Below are positions 35,881-46,959 of a DNA stretch of 64,000 nucleotides, in pieces. The notes beneath the pieces were generated by a model. That model was not told the origin of the DNA. It made no database searches and saw only the letters and a list, made by a program, of their open reading frames with translations. The stretch comes from a virus. Made by a program: the position numbers and the translations under genes. Position 1 is the first letter of the stretch. Every line of letters starts with the position of its first letter. Location: the IMG/VR virus record IMGVR_UViG_3300040770_000357; one strand, 5' to 3'.

Positions 35881-37248
35881 ATGGATATAAAAATGTTTCA
35901 TGAAAAATTTTGGACTAACACATTAAACCATTTAGATGTTAGGATGTACTATACTAATAAAGCTCAAGAAAAAAGATATTATGAAAAAGTTAGTGATTTT
36001 GACCCACATTATTCTGTTGGAAATGGTGAGAGTGCGTTAACGGCTAAAGTGATTGACCAACTTTATAATAAATTTAACTATCTTCATACATTACATGGTA
36101 AGAAAATAGTTTTAGGTGATTATAGTTTTTACGGTTTTAGTGGTGTGGAAAAACCAGACGATTTTTATAAAGGAATGGTTAAAACTAGTTTTACAGTTAT
36201 TATGGAATATCATGGATATAGGTGTAGAGTTTTTTATTTAGAAAAATATGTTAACGGTGCAATGTCAATACATAAAGGATATGGTAAACATATCAAAGGT
36301 AGTTACGAAATAATGGACTTGTTTAACTATTTTGATGGAGATTTAATTGATATTGATGTTAAGGTGGATATTTTAGGTCCAAAATACGCAAATAATAAAT
36401 TTATAATAAACCCACTGGCTTATCCAAGTAAAAAAGGGTCAACAGATTGGTCAGATACCCCAATTGGTGAAATTGATATGGACTATTTTATATTGATGGA
36501 AACTGATAAAGGTATTTATAAACCATCTTATATTATATACCCCAAAATAATCGGGTATGAACATGAAAACGTTAAAAAGATTCGTAGTAAAAAATTAACT
36601 GATTTAGGTATTCATACAGTACAATTTAGAAATAATTCTTATTTTGATATCAGTAGATATTATGATTTAGAGGGTATTGATATCAAAGCATCTAAAACCG
36701 TTTTTAAGGCATTACCTCATCTACAAGAATATTGTAATAATGAAACGATTAAAACAAAAATAGTTGAAGAAGATAATGCTGACAAGTTAAAACTTGAGAA
36801 AATGATTTATGATGATACATTTACATTGTCTCATCATGGTAAAATAATCTTAGAAAATGTTAGGTCGTATGATATAAGTAATTATTTTGAGAATAGGGCG
36901 TTAAAAGATTTTGAATTAGATATGATAGCTGCTGGTAAAAAAGTTTTTGCGGCTGCACCAGAAATGACAAGAATATTTTTTATGTCATTTGGAATTTATT
37001 CTCATTCAGAAATGGCTGGGGAGTCATTCGTTAGATATGAGGACTATGAGGCAATAAATAGTTTAAAAGGTATTAAGTTACCAAAAAGAATTGTAGTATT
37101 ATTAGAGTCATCCGCTATTGAACCACCAATGTTTGAAATGGAAGATAATTTATTTGACTTTGACAAAGGGGCTAAGTATCTTGGTGTTGAAATAGATAAA
37201 AATGGGGTAATCACTATGATTCAAGAAAGTGGTGACCAAGGAATATAA
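35881..37248 (+). CDS. Hypothetical protein
   Basis: 455-aa ORF in operon. Confidence 0.75.
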   Translation: MDIKMFHEKFWTNTLNHLDVRMYYTNKAQEKRYYEKVSDFDPHYSVGNGESALTAKVIDQLYNKFNYLHTLHGKKIVLGDYSFYGFSGVEKPDDFYKGMVKTSFTVIMEYHGYRCRVFYLEKYVNGAMSIHKGYGKHIKGSYEIMDLFNYFDGDLIDIDVKVDILGPKYANNKFIINPLAYPSKKGSTDWSDTPIGEIDMDYFILMETDKGIYKPSYIIYPKIIGYEHENVKKIRSKKLTDLGIHTVQFRNNSYFDISRYYDLEGIDIKASKTVFKALPHLQEYCNNETIKTKIVEEDNADKLKLEKMIYDDTFTLSHHGKIILENVRSYDISNYFENRALKDFELDMIAAGKKVFAAAPEMTRIFFMSFGIYSHSEMAGESFVRYEDYEAINSLKGIKLPKRIVVLLESSAIEPPMFEMEDNLFDFDKGAKYLGVEIDKNGVITMIQESGDQGI

Positions 37249-37266
37249 TAAATAAATAAAGGAAAA

Positions 37267-38019
37267 ATGAATTTAAGTACACGAATTAAAGAATTTTATG
37301 AGGATAGAACAAAAGTATTGTTACCTCGAAAGATGATTACATGTATCCGTTTGGATGGTAAAGGTTTCAGTAAGTTAACAAAACTATTGGATAAACCTTT
37401 TGATGATGGTTTTAGCGATGATATGGATACAACGGCAATATACCTATGTGAAAATATTCAAGGGGCTAAATTCGCCTATACTCAATCCGATGAGATTACA
37501 ATTGTAATGACCGATTTTGACACATATGAAACCTCAGCTTGGTTTGATTATAGTGTTCAAAAAATGGTGAGTATTTCAGCTAGTTTAGCGACTGCAAAGT
37601 TCAACCAGTTACGAATATTTAGAGATATCAAATATTTAGAAAAACTAGCCATGTTTGATGCTAGAGTTTTCCAAGTACCTAATGTTGATGAAATGGTTAA
37701 TACTATAATTTGGCGACAACAAGATGCTAGTAGGAATAGTATAAGTATGGCATCAAGTGCATTTTACTCACACAATGCATTGGAAGGTAAATCTGGTAGT
37801 GATAAACAAGATATGTTGATGCTTAAGGGTATTAATTGGAACGATTATAAGACTAAATATAAGAGAGGTAGTGTTATTAAGAAAATATCAGTAGATGCTA
37901 TATCACCTATTGATGGTAGCCTTTCCACTAGAAATAAGTGGGTTGCTGATGTTGAGACACCTATTTTCACACAAGATAGAGATTATTTAATGGATTTAGT
38001 TGCAACTACATCAAAATAG
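37267..38019 (+). CDS. tRNA(His) guanylyltransferase Thg1-like
   Basis: RLDGKGFSK, YTQSDEIT, FDARVF, WRQQDASRNS, YKRG. Confidence 0.92.
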   Translation: MNLSTRIKEFYEDRTKVLLPRKMITCIRLDGKGFSKLTKLLDKPFDDGFSDDMDTTAIYLCENIQGAKFAYTQSDEITIVMTDFDTYETSAWFDYSVQKMVSISASLATAKFNQLRIFRDIKYLEKLAMFDARVFQVPNVDEMVNTIIWRQQDASRNSISMASSAFYSHNALEGKSGSDKQDMLMLKGINWNDYKTKYKRGSVIKKISVDAISPIDGSLSTRNKWVADVETPIFTQDRDYLMDLVATTSK

Positions 38020-38064
38020 AAGTAGGTTTGTCAAAAATAACATTAGAATAATTTAAAAGATTAC

Positions 38065-39663
38065 ATGAGTAAAATAACGTTTAAAAAATTAACTGAAGAA
38101 GATAAGATTAGATTAACAAGTTCTTATATCAATAGAGCTGAATTAGGTTTGACAGTTGAGAAGTTAGCAATTAAAATTGGTTCTGAATTAAATGTGTCAG
38201 AGCGTACAATTAGAAAATGGTTTAATAAACTAAATCTTAAAGAAAAAGAAGAAACTGAGTCAGCCCAATACTTAAAAGCGAAAGCTAAAAAATTTGATGG
38301 TGGTAAGAAAAGGTTTATAATTACATGGGCACAAAATAATACCCCAGTACATAAAAAGTTTTTAAAGAACATAAAAACATATTCTAAATTCATTGATGCA
38401 GATATACATGTAATTGCTGGAAGGTATAGGAACCCAACATCAATTTGGTCAAATAACCAAAAAGACGAAGAATTTTGGGCTGATGAATTACAACCTTATT
38501 TAGATGCGAATAGACATGATATACATAAGTATGTATCTATTCTTTCAGATATTAAGATTCAACCAACAGCTATCAATCCAATGACTGGTATGCAATCTTT
38601 AAGTGGCGTTAATTCATGTATTTTTGGTTCACCTAGAGTACAGTTAGAAATGATACCAGTATTAGAGGCTAACAAACCTAAAATGATGTTAACCACTGGT
38701 GCGATAACTAAAAGCAATTATACTGACTCAAAGTCTGGTAAAGTTGGTGATTTCCATCATACTTTTGGGTTCGTAATTGTTGAGATTAAAGATGATGAAA
38801 CGTTTTTTGTTAGACAAGTTACTGCCGATGATAAATCTGGTGATTTTAGTGACTTATATAACAGAGTTTCTGATGGTAATGTAACTAGGTTAGACTCTAT
38901 AGCTGCTGTTATCTTAGGTGATATACATTATGGTCATCATGACCAACGTGTTTTAGATACTACAATGGGTTTGTTAGACATTTTAAAACCTAAGCATGTT
39001 ATTTTACATGACGTATTTGATGGTAATTCTATTAGTCATCATGAAATGAAAGACCCATTTGTTCAATATGGTAAAGAGTGTACTGGTACAAATGATTTAG
39101 GTAAGGAAGTTGATGTGATGCTTGATGGTTTGAAAGCGTTTGAGAAGTTTAAAAATGTTGTGATTGTTAGAAGTAATCACGATGATTTCTTAGATAGATG
39201 GCTTAAAAATGAGGATTGGAAGAAACAACCTACCTATAAAAACTCTAAGCTTTACATGCGTTATTCGTATATGTTACTAGGACAATACGCTGACGACCCT
39301 TATAATGTTAAAGGTGTTATACCTACGTTAATTAACGAGAGATACCCTAAATTCATCACACTTGGTCGAAGTGCATCTTATTTGGTTAAGAATTGGGAGT
39401 TAGGCCAACATGGTGATATTGGTTCTAATGGTAGTAGAGGTTCATTGTTACAGTTTCGTAAACTTAATACAAAGATTATAGTTGGACATTACCATTCTCC
39501 TGGACGTAAAGATGGTGCTTTATCGGTTGGAACATCAACACATTTAAGGGTTGGGTATAATAAAGGTGCGTCTTCTTGGTTACAATCACATATTATAATT
39601 CACCAAGATGCTCGCTCACAACACATTAACATGATTGATGGGGAATATACTACATTTATATAA
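38065..39663 (+). CDS. N-terminal HTH + calcineurin-like metallophosphoesterase (resembles T5 A1-type proteins)
   Basis: GDIHYG, HDVFDG, RSNHDD, GQHG, GHYHS; SERTIRKW HTH. Confidence 0.75.
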   Translation: MSKITFKKLTEEDKIRLTSSYINRAELGLTVEKLAIKIGSELNVSERTIRKWFNKLNLKEKEETESAQYLKAKAKKFDGGKKRFIITWAQNNTPVHKKFLKNIKTYSKFIDADIHVIAGRYRNPTSIWSNNQKDEEFWADELQPYLDANRHDIHKYVSILSDIKIQPTAINPMTGMQSLSGVNSCIFGSPRVQLEMIPVLEANKPKMMLTTGAITKSNYTDSKSGKVGDFHHTFGFVIVEIKDDETFFVRQVTADDKSGDFSDLYNRVSDGNVTRLDSIAAVILGDIHYGHHDQRVLDTTMGLLDILKPKHVILHDVFDGNSISHHEMKDPFVQYGKECTGTNDLGKEVDVMLDGLKAFEKFKNVVIVRSNHDDFLDRWLKNEDWKKQPTYKNSKLYMRYSYMLLGQYADDPYNVKGVIPTLINERYPKFITLGRSASYLVKNWELGQHGDIGSNGSRGSLLQFRKLNTKIIVGHYHSPGRKDGALSVGTSTHLRVGYNKGASSWLQSHIIIHQDARSQHINMIDGEYTTFI

Positions 39664-39742
39664 AAAAAAGTTTGCATATGTAAATATAAGATGTATATTT
39701 GTCAAACATATTAAGAGATTATTTAAATTAAAAACAAACCAT

Positions 39743-40522
39743 ATGGATATCAATATTGAGGTAATTAGGTTAAAAAAAGAAATTGCATTATTGAATAGTG
39801 AATTACTTATGTTTAAATCTTTTGGTGTGTTTACAATTGGTAATGTCCAATCAATGAGGCGATTTCCAGACAATTATTTTGGCATGAGCGTTGGTGAAAA
39901 AGCGCAATCTGATTTAGAGTTTATTAATAGCGATAAATCAGATGGCCTTGCCAATAAACATCTTTTCCATTATGCTGAAATAATAGACATTAATAGTAGC
40001 CTTGTTAAAACAGATGCTTTCATTGAAAAATCAACTCAAGTACATGGTAATAAATATGATTACTCTTTAGTTAATTACGTAATTGATAAAACAAATGTTA
40101 AGATAATTTGCCGAGAGCATGGTGTTTTCGAGCAAAGACCATCAAACCATACAAATGGTCAAGGTTGTAGAAGTTGTTGGAATGATAATAGACAACCTAG
40201 GGATAACCAGAGTGATAAGATAAAAAAGTATGGTGAAAAATTTTTAGCTGATTCAGCAAGAATACATGGTGATAAATACGATTACTCTTTATTTGAGTAT
40301 ATTAATTCTAATGACAAAGTTAAGATAATTTGCCGAGAGCATGGTGTTTTTGAGCAAAGAATGAGAAACCATACATATGGTCAAGGATGTCGTAAATGTA
40401 ATAAAAAGACTAAAGAAACAACACAACCTATATTTAATTTTGAAGAGGTTGTTGAGGCTAATACAGATAATGAGGGTTTTAGTGTAGAATTTAATGAATT
40501 TTTAAAAAAAATAAGTAAATAA
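39743..40522 (+). CDS. Protein with two DUF723/CapR-like zinc-ribbon repeats
   Basis: Two copies of HGxKYDYSL...KIICREHGVFEQR..NH..GQGC..C. Confidence 0.75.
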   Translation: MDINIEVIRLKKEIALLNSELLMFKSFGVFTIGNVQSMRRFPDNYFGMSVGEKAQSDLEFINSDKSDGLANKHLFHYAEIIDINSSLVKTDAFIEKSTQVHGNKYDYSLVNYVIDKTNVKIICREHGVFEQRPSNHTNGQGCRSCWNDNRQPRDNQSDKIKKYGEKFLADSARIHGDKYDYSLFEYINSNDKVKIICREHGVFEQRMRNHTYGQGCRKCNKKTKETTQPIFNFEEVVEANTDNEGFSVEFNEFLKKISK

Positions 40523-40541
40523 ATAAATAAATAAATAAATT

Positions 40542-41495
40542 ATGACAACAGAAATTTTTGAACAATTGGTAGAAAACGAGCAGAGCGTTAGCCTAAAAGA
40601 ATTAACTAGATTACTAGATTTGAACTTAGTAACTGATTCAGTAGTGGGTTCCGAAACAATTAATGGTGTAAGGACAGAATCTAGAACGGTAAATATTTCG
40701 CCAGTATTGGCAAATACGTTATTAAATAGGAATAACCATAACCGACCATTAACTCGTACTAATATTACTAAGATAAGTAATGCGATGACTAATGGTGAAT
40801 GGGTATTTGATGGTACACCGATAAGTTTTGATAAATATGGTAATTTATTAAATGGACAACATAGGTTGTCATCCGTTATCAAATCTGGAAAGAGTAATAT
40901 TTTTAAGGTTGCTACTGGTTTTAAACCAGATGTTTTCTCAACAATGGATATTGGCCAAACTAGAACTGGTGCTGATGTATTAGCTATTGATGGTGTTGAA
41001 AACTATAAACTAGTCGCTAAAACGGCTAACTTTATTTATAAATTCATCCAAGGTTCAATTGGTGAGTCAGCAGTTAGCGATTCGGCAAAACATCGAAATG
41101 CTGGAACCCAATTATCACATCCAGAATTGATTAAATTTGTTTCGGTGAAACCATTACTACATGAAAGTGTTTTATTTCAGATGAAAACAAAAAAATTACA
41201 ACCTACCAGTATTATACCAAATTATATGGTGTCTGGACTTTATTTTTTATTCGCTGAAAAAGACAAAGATGCTGCCGATGTTTTCTTACGAAGATTGGTT
41301 ACTGGTGAATCACTAAGTTTAACATCACCTATTTTTCATTTGAGAAATAGATTGCTTAACTCTAAAACAGACAGAAATAAACGACTTTTACATAATGAAG
41401 TTGTAAAACTAACAGTTTTTGCTTGGAATAAATTCAGAAAAGGTGATAACGTAAAACAGTTACAAATCCCAGAAACATTACCTGTAATTATCTAA
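40542..41495 (+). CDS. ParB/Srx-like (GQHRL) domain protein
   Basis: NNHNRPL, GEW, LLNGQHRLSSV, MDIGQTRT. Confidence 0.7.
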   Translation: MTTEIFEQLVENEQSVSLKELTRLLDLNLVTDSVVGSETINGVRTESRTVNISPVLANTLLNRNNHNRPLTRTNITKISNAMTNGEWVFDGTPISFDKYGNLLNGQHRLSSVIKSGKSNIFKVATGFKPDVFSTMDIGQTRTGADVLAIDGVENYKLVAKTANFIYKFIQGSIGESAVSDSAKHRNAGTQLSHPELIKFVSVKPLLHESVLFQMKTKKLQPTSIIPNYMVSGLYFLFAEKDKDAADVFLRRLVTGESLSLTSPIFHLRNRLLNSKTDRNKRLLHNEVVKLTVFAWNKFRKGDNVKQLQIPETLPVII

Positions 41496-41504
41496 AATTT
41501 ATAA

Positions 41505-41930
41505 ATGATTAAAACATACCGTGAATCTTTAGTAATTGGGTTGGATTTTGATGGCACGTGTACAACACATGCCTATCCAAATATTGGTGGTGATATTGGC
41601 GCATTGCCAGTATTGAGAAAGATTGTCGATAATGGCCATAAATTAATGTTATGGACTATGAGAGGAACCGTTTTAACGTCTGCGAAGCGAAATACTTTAG
41701 AAGAAGCGTTAAAATGGTTTAGTGATAATGAAATCCCTTTATGGGGTATTAATGAGAACCCATTACAAAAAGAAACTGGTTGGTCTAATAGCAATAAGCA
41801 ACATGCTGATTTGTTTATTGATGATGCTGCATTGGGTTGTCCATTGAAATATGATGCAACCTTAAGTGGTAGACCATTTGTTAATTGGGTCGTTGTAGAG
41901 CAAATGTTGACTTTAAATAAAATAATATAA
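41505..41930 (+). CDS. HAD-superfamily hydrolase (BT0820-like)
   Basis: LDFDGT, LWTMR, DLFIDD. Confidence 0.8.
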   Translation: MIKTYRESLVIGLDFDGTCTTHAYPNIGGDIGALPVLRKIVDNGHKLMLWTMRGTVLTSAKRNTLEEALKWFSDNEIPLWGINENPLQKETGWSNSNKQHADLFIDDAALGCPLKYDATLSGRPFVNWVVVEQMLTLNKII

Positions 41931-41936
41931 TTAAAG

Positions 41937-42302
41937 ATGAACACAAAAGATAAAATTAGTTTCGATGATTTTTTAGGTATTGAAGCTAAATTAGATATTA
42001 GAATTGGTGAAGTAGTTGCTGCTGAAAGAATACCTAAAAAAGATAAATTAATTAAGTTAACCGTTAGTTTTAGTAAAAAAGAGGGTGATGAGATAACAGT
42101 CGTTACTAATTTAGGTGAATTTTATGAACCAGATGATTTCGCAACTTTTTTCTTCCCATTTATTGTTAACCTAGAACCTGTTAAATTAGGTGGTGTGATG
42201 AGTGAAGCGATGATTATTGTTGGTAAGAGTCAAACAGATGGCTTTGAAGGTAATATTGAACTTACATATGCTGATTATACAATGGGTAGTAAATTATTAT
42301 AA
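41937..42302 (+). CDS. tRNA-binding OB-fold protein (Trbp111/CsaA/MetRS C-terminal-like)
   Basis: LDIRIGEVV.AE, DKLIKL.V, VNLEP.KLGG.MSEAMI. Confidence 0.85.
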   Translation: MNTKDKISFDDFLGIEAKLDIRIGEVVAAERIPKKDKLIKLTVSFSKKEGDEITVVTNLGEFYEPDDFATFFFPFIVNLEPVKLGGVMSEAMIIVGKSQTDGFEGNIELTYADYTMGSKLL

Positions 42303-42317
42303 TATAAAAAAATAGAA

Positions 42318-42572
42318 ATGAAAAAAATATTAATGATTGCCTTATTTTGTTTAGTGTTCGTATCATGTGCTGACTCAAAAAAACTTAATATAGATGGTAA
42401 AGATGTTATCGTAGAACCATATGGTTGGTTTGATAGCAGTGCTAAGAATGATAGCGTTAACTATAAAGTTAATGTTGGTAATATAGTATTAAGTGTTATA
42501 TTCTCTGAAACGATAGTGGTTCCAATTATATTAACTGGAACTGAATTATATGAACCAAAAAGTAAGTTATAA
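42318..42572 (+). CDS. Putative lipoprotein
   Basis: Signal peptide ending LVFVSC. Confidence 0.65.
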   Translation: MKKILMIALFCLVFVSCADSKKLNIDGKDVIVEPYGWFDSSAKNDSVNYKVNVGNIVLSVIFSETIVVPIILTGTELYEPKSKL

Positions 42573-42755
42573 ATGTATAAAGTACCTTTAAACGAGTTAG
42601 AAGAAATAAAAAAACGATTAGTTGAATCTAATAGTTTATTAACAGACATTTTACGTAGTAGAGGTTTTAGTGTGGCCCAGTTAATTGATGCGATTGATGA
42701 TAATCAACGATTAATTGATTCAATCACAATAAAATATCATATAAGCAAGGATTAA
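42573..42755 (+). CDS. Hypothetical protein
   Basis: Short ORF abutting neighbours. Confidence 0.5.
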   Translation: MYKVPLNELEEIKKRLVESNSLLTDILRSRGFSVAQLIDAIDDNQRLIDSITIKYHISKD

Positions 42756-42757
42756 TT

Positions 42758-43213
42758 ATGGGAATAGTAAAAGCGGCTGGGATTTTCATTATACGTAAGA
42801 ATGGTGAATTATTAATCTGTCACCCAACAAATCACGCAAAAGATTTTTGGTCAATACCAAAAGGTAAGGTTGATAAAGATGAAACAATGTTAGATGCGGC
42901 ACTTCGTGAAACTTATGAGGAAACCAATATTGACTTAGTTAACATGAAAGGTTTTGTTACCCATTATTTGGGTTCTAAAACATATTTACATAAGAAAAAA
43001 AGAATCTATTGCTTTGCTTTCATTGAATCACAAGATTCAGTAATTAATTGGAGTGATATTGATATTAAATGTATGTCAAATGTTCCGATAGAACGTGGTG
43101 GTTTTCCAGAAATGGATGATTATATATGGACCACACTTAATGATGCGAAATCATTGTTACACGAAACCCAAGTATTTTTCCTAGATTCAATAAAAGAATG
43201 TTATGGTAACTGA
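42758..43213 (+). CDS. Nudix hydrolase
   Basis: WSIPKGKVD...AALRETYEET, FPEMD. Confidence 0.88.
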   Translation: MGIVKAAGIFIIRKNGELLICHPTNHAKDFWSIPKGKVDKDETMLDAALRETYEETNIDLVNMKGFVTHYLGSKTYLHKKKRIYCFAFIESQDSVINWSDIDIKCMSNVPIERGGFPEMDDYIWTTLNDAKSLLHETQVFFLDSIKECYGN

Positions 43214-43326
43214 AAAACAATATAAAAAAGCTTTACTAGTCATTGAAACATATAAAAAAGAAGAGTTTATTAGGTTAAACTATGAAAGGTTTCGTGAGGA
43301 AGATAGGGTAAGACTTAATAAGTTTA

Positions 43327-43605
43327 TTGATAATTTATTTAAAAAATAGAGTGTGGTATGTTTATATCGTTGAATGTAGTGATACCACATTATATACTGG
43401 TGTTACCACTGATATTGAACGTAGGGTAATGGAGCATAATTCAAGTAAGAAAGGTGCTAAATACACAAGAAATAAAAGACCAGTGGTATTAATGACCTAC
43501 TTTGAGTTTAATGATAGAAGTAGTGCCTGTAAGGAAGAATACCGAATAAAACAACTAACTAGGTTGGATAAGATAAAATTAATAAAAAATAATGGTAGAA
43601 TATAA
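43327..43605 (+). CDS. GIY-YIG nuclease (UPF0213-like)
   Basis: YVYIVECSD.TLYTGVTTD..RR..EHN...GAKYT. Confidence 0.88.
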   Translation: MIIYLKNRVWYVYIVECSDTTLYTGVTTDIERRVMEHNSSKKGAKYTRNKRPVVLMTYFEFNDRSSACKEEYRIKQLTRLDKIKLIKNNGRI

Positions 43606-44065
43606 ATCACCACAAAAAACTGAAAAAATTGAGGGAAATCTAACGGTTTTCTTAGGTGGCTCGATAGAAATGGGTGTTGCCGATGATTGGCAAACGAAAT
43701 TAGTTAAAGAGCTAAAAAATGAATCGATTACATTTTATAACCCAAGACGTGAAAATTGGGACTCAAGCTTGGTTCAATCAATTGATGATTTGAAATTTAA
43801 AGAACAAGTAGTTTGGGAGTTAGACAATTTAGAATCTGCTGACACTATAGTAATTGCTTTCGACCCAGCAACAAAATCACCAATATCACTATTAGAATTG
43901 GGCTTGTTCGCTAAAAGTGGTAGGCTAATTGTTCTATGTCCAGAGGGATTTTATCGTAAAGGTAATGTTGATATTATTTGTGAGCGTTATTTGATTGTTC
44001 AAGTATCAACATTTGCTGATTTAGCTGATAAACTTAAAGAAATTAGTAGACTCCATGGTAAATAA
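43592..44065 (+). CDS. Nucleoside 2-deoxyribosyltransferase-like protein
   Basis: VFLGGSI, YNPRR, QVVWEL, SPISLLELG. Confidence 0.85.
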   Translation: MVEYKSPQKTEKIEGNLTVFLGGSIEMGVADDWQTKLVKELKNESITFYNPRRENWDSSLVQSIDDLKFKEQVVWELDNLESADTIVIAFDPATKSPISLLELGLFAKSGRLIVLCPEGFYRKGNVDIICERYLIVQVSTFADLADKLKEISRLHGK

Positions 44066-44396
44066 AACAAGAGCAGAAAAGTTAAGTGATAGTATTTCAC
44101 AAGAATTAAAAAGTGGTAACCCAAAGCTTCATATGATATTGGCTTTTATAAATACATATGAAGCTAATAACCTAAAAACTATAGATAAATTGAATAGGGT
44201 TAAGGTCGTTACGCTTAAAAAAATAAGTGGTGCACTTAAAGGGTGTATCAATAGTCATGGGCCAATCACGAAAGTATTAATAGGTTCGGCAACCAAAAGA
44301 GTATATGGTAGCCTTTTAAGTGAATCGACTAATAAATCCTACAACTTTATTAGTTCAATTAGAAATAAAATATTATCTTTGTGGGGTAGAAAATAA
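44055..44396 (+). CDS. Hypothetical protein
   Basis: ORF in operon. Confidence 0.6.
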   Translation: MVNKTRAEKLSDSISQELKSGNPKLHMILAFINTYEANNLKTIDKLNRVKVVTLKKISGALKGCINSHGPITKVLIGSATKRVYGSLLSESTNKSYNFISSIRNKILSLWGRK

Positions 44397-44401
44397 ATAT
44401 T

Positions 44402-44929
44402 ATGAAAAAAATAACAAAACTTAGTGTATTCGATTTCGATGGGACACTAGTTAAATCTCCAACACCAGAAAATGGTAAAGAGATTTACAAAACAAAAACT
44501 GGTAATGATTGGCCATATATTGGTTGGTTCAGTAAACATGAATCATTGGATTTAAATATCTTTGATATCGAAACAATTGACGATGTTATAGTTGACTACG
44601 AAAGAGAGGCTGCAAGTAAGTCATCTGTTGTTGTTATGTTAACTGGTAGAATACTTAAGCTATCTGAACATGTTAAAATTGTTTTGGGTGCTAAAGGACT
44701 TGTGTTTGATGAATACGAATTTAATAGAGGTGGTTCAACAGAAATCTCTAAAATGAGAACAATGGATAAATTATTGTTTAAATATAAAGATGTTATTGAA
44801 GTTGAGCTTTGGGATGACCGTTTACCCCATATACCAATTTTTGAGCAATGGGGTAAGGCTCACGTACTTAGTGGTCGATTAAAAGACTTTAAAGTTAATG
44901 TTGTCCTTGGATGGGATGGTGATGAATAA
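44402..44929 (+). CDS. HAD domain protein, Swiss-Army-Knife RNA-repair-like
   Basis: VFDFDGTLVKSP, MLTGR, ELWDDRLPH. Confidence 0.75.
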   Translation: MKKITKLSVFDFDGTLVKSPTPENGKEIYKTKTGNDWPYIGWFSKHESLDLNIFDIETIDDVIVDYEREAASKSSVVVMLTGRILKLSEHVKIVLGAKGLVFDEYEFNRGGSTEISKMRTMDKLLFKYKDVIEVELWDDRLPHIPIFEQWGKAHVLSGRLKDFKVNVVLGWDGDE

Positions 44930-44991
44930 TAAACCACTAATTAAAGTGGTTTATTATTGATATTATTAAATTTTAGGAGTATGTTTGTAAT

Positions 44992-46920
44992 ATGAAAGAA
45001 GAAAAAATAAAAATTGGTGATATTGTAGAAGGTAAACTACAATTTAACCAAAGTGGTTCAGCCTACTTGGTAAGCACAGATTTACCAAAAGACATATATT
45101 TGAATAAGCATAACACAAATAAAGCGTTACATTTAGATATAGTAAAAATAAAAGTGATTAGCGGTAATGGTCGTTCAATCGAAGGTGAGGTTACTGAGAT
45201 AGTAACAAGGTTTAAAGATGAATTTGTTGGGTCATTACAAATAACCCCAAAACATGCATTTTTTGTTGCAGATAGTAATAAGATTTCAGTTGATTTTTTC
45301 ATACCATTAGACAAACTGATGGGTGCTACTGATGGTCAGAAAGTTATTGTTAAACTAACTACATGGAAAGACACGGCAAAGAATCCTAACGGTGAAGTCG
45401 TAAAAATACTTGGTGATGCTGGTGAGTATGAAACAGAAATACATGCAATCTTAGAGGAATATGGTTTACCATACGATTTTGAAGAAGAAGTTCTTTTAGA
45501 GTCAGAAGCAATTTCGTCAGAGATTACACAATCTGAGATAGATAAACGTAGAGATATGAGAGGTATCTTGACCTTTACGATTGACCCAGTTGATGCAAAA
45601 GATTTTGATGATGCGCTAAGTGTTGAATGGATTAATGGTGAGTTATTTGTTGGGGTACATATTGCCGATGTATCACATTATCTAGAACAAGACACTGAAT
45701 TAGATAAAGAAGCATATACCAGAGGAACTTCGGTTTACTTAGTTGATAGATGTATCCCTATGCTTCCAGAGAGGCTATCTAATGGATTATGTAGCCTTAG
45801 ACCAATGGAAGACAAGCTATGTTTTTCAGCAGTCTTTAAACTGGATAGAAAAGGTAAAGTATTAGAAGAATGGTTTGGTAAAACTGTCATTAATTCTGAC
45901 CATAGGTTTTCATATGAAGAAGCTCAAAAAATAATTGAGGGTGATTCTAGTTTTATGACAACAAACATTAGGGAACTAAGTTCTGCAATTAGGGAATTAG
46001 ATAAAATTGCGAAACAAATGCGTAAAGAACGTTTGATTGAAGGTTCTATCTCATTTGATAAACAAGAGGTTAAGTTTCAGTTAGATGAAGGTAATAAACC
46101 AGTTGGGGTTATTTTAAAGACATCTAAGGATGCCAATAAATTAATCGAGGAATATATGTTATTAGCTAATAAACATGTTGCTCAATTTGTTAATAGAAAA
46201 GGATTGCCAATGGTAAATCGTTCACACGATAAACCTAATGAAGTTAAACTAGATTCCCTTAAGGAATTTATTAAACAATTTGGATATGTTATCAAGACAG
46301 ATAATCCAATGGAAATCACACGCACACTTAATAAGTTATTGACAGATGTTAAGGGTTCACCAGAATCTAGTATGATTGAAACGTTAGTAATAAGAACTAT
46401 GCAGAAAGCGAATTACTCTACAAAAAATATAGGACATTATGGTTTAGGGTTTAAAGATTACGCTCATTTCACAAGTCCAATTAGGAGATATCCAGATGTA
46501 ATCGTTCATAGGTTATTAGCTACATATTTAAATGAAAAATCTTCACCTAATCTTGGGAAATTAGAAAACAAATGCTTACATTTGTCGGAACGTGAGAAAA
46601 AAGCGCAAAAAGCAGAGAGAGAGTCTATCAAATACATGCAATGTATTTATATGTCTGACCATATTGGTATGGTTTATAAAGGAATTGTAACATCTATTGC
46701 TGATTTTGGAATTTTTGTTGAAATAAAAGAAACTAACTGTGAGGGATTTGTTAGGTTAGCTGAAATAGATGGTGATACGTTCACTTCTGACCCAGCTAAT
46801 TATTGTGTTAAAGGGTTTAATACTGGTATTACTATAAGTCTTGGTGATGAAGTTGTTATTGTGGTTAAATCAGTTGATATTGAAAAGAAAAATATTAATT
46901 TAACATTATTAAAATTATAA
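44992..46920 (+). CDS. rnr: Ribonuclease R
   Basis: TIDPVDAKDFDDA, GTSVYL, AHFTSPIRRYPD, C-terminal S1 domain. Confidence 0.95.
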   Translation: MKEEKIKIGDIVEGKLQFNQSGSAYLVSTDLPKDIYLNKHNTNKALHLDIVKIKVISGNGRSIEGEVTEIVTRFKDEFVGSLQITPKHAFFVADSNKISVDFFIPLDKLMGATDGQKVIVKLTTWKDTAKNPNGEVVKILGDAGEYETEIHAILEEYGLPYDFEEEVLLESEAISSEITQSEIDKRRDMRGILTFTIDPVDAKDFDDALSVEWINGELFVGVHIADVSHYLEQDTELDKEAYTRGTSVYLVDRCIPMLPERLSNGLCSLRPMEDKLCFSAVFKLDRKGKVLEEWFGKTVINSDHRFSYEEAQKIIEGDSSFMTTNIRELSSAIRELDKIAKQMRKERLIEGSISFDKQEVKFQLDEGNKPVGVILKTSKDANKLIEEYMLLANKHVAQFVNRKGLPMVNRSHDKPNEVKLDSLKEFIKQFGYVIKTDNPMEITRTLNKLLTDVKGSPESSMIETLVIRTMQKANYSTKNIGHYGLGFKDYAHFTSPIRRYPDVIVHRLLATYLNEKSSPNLGKLENKCLHLSEREKKAQKAERESIKYMQCIYMSDHIGMVYKGIVTSIADFGIFVEIKETNCEGFVRLAEIDGDTFTSDPANYCVKGFNTGITISLGDEVVIVVKSVDIEKKNINLTLLKL

Positions 46921-46959
46921 ATAGTTGCATCTACCAATATAGTTAAGTATATTTGTAGA

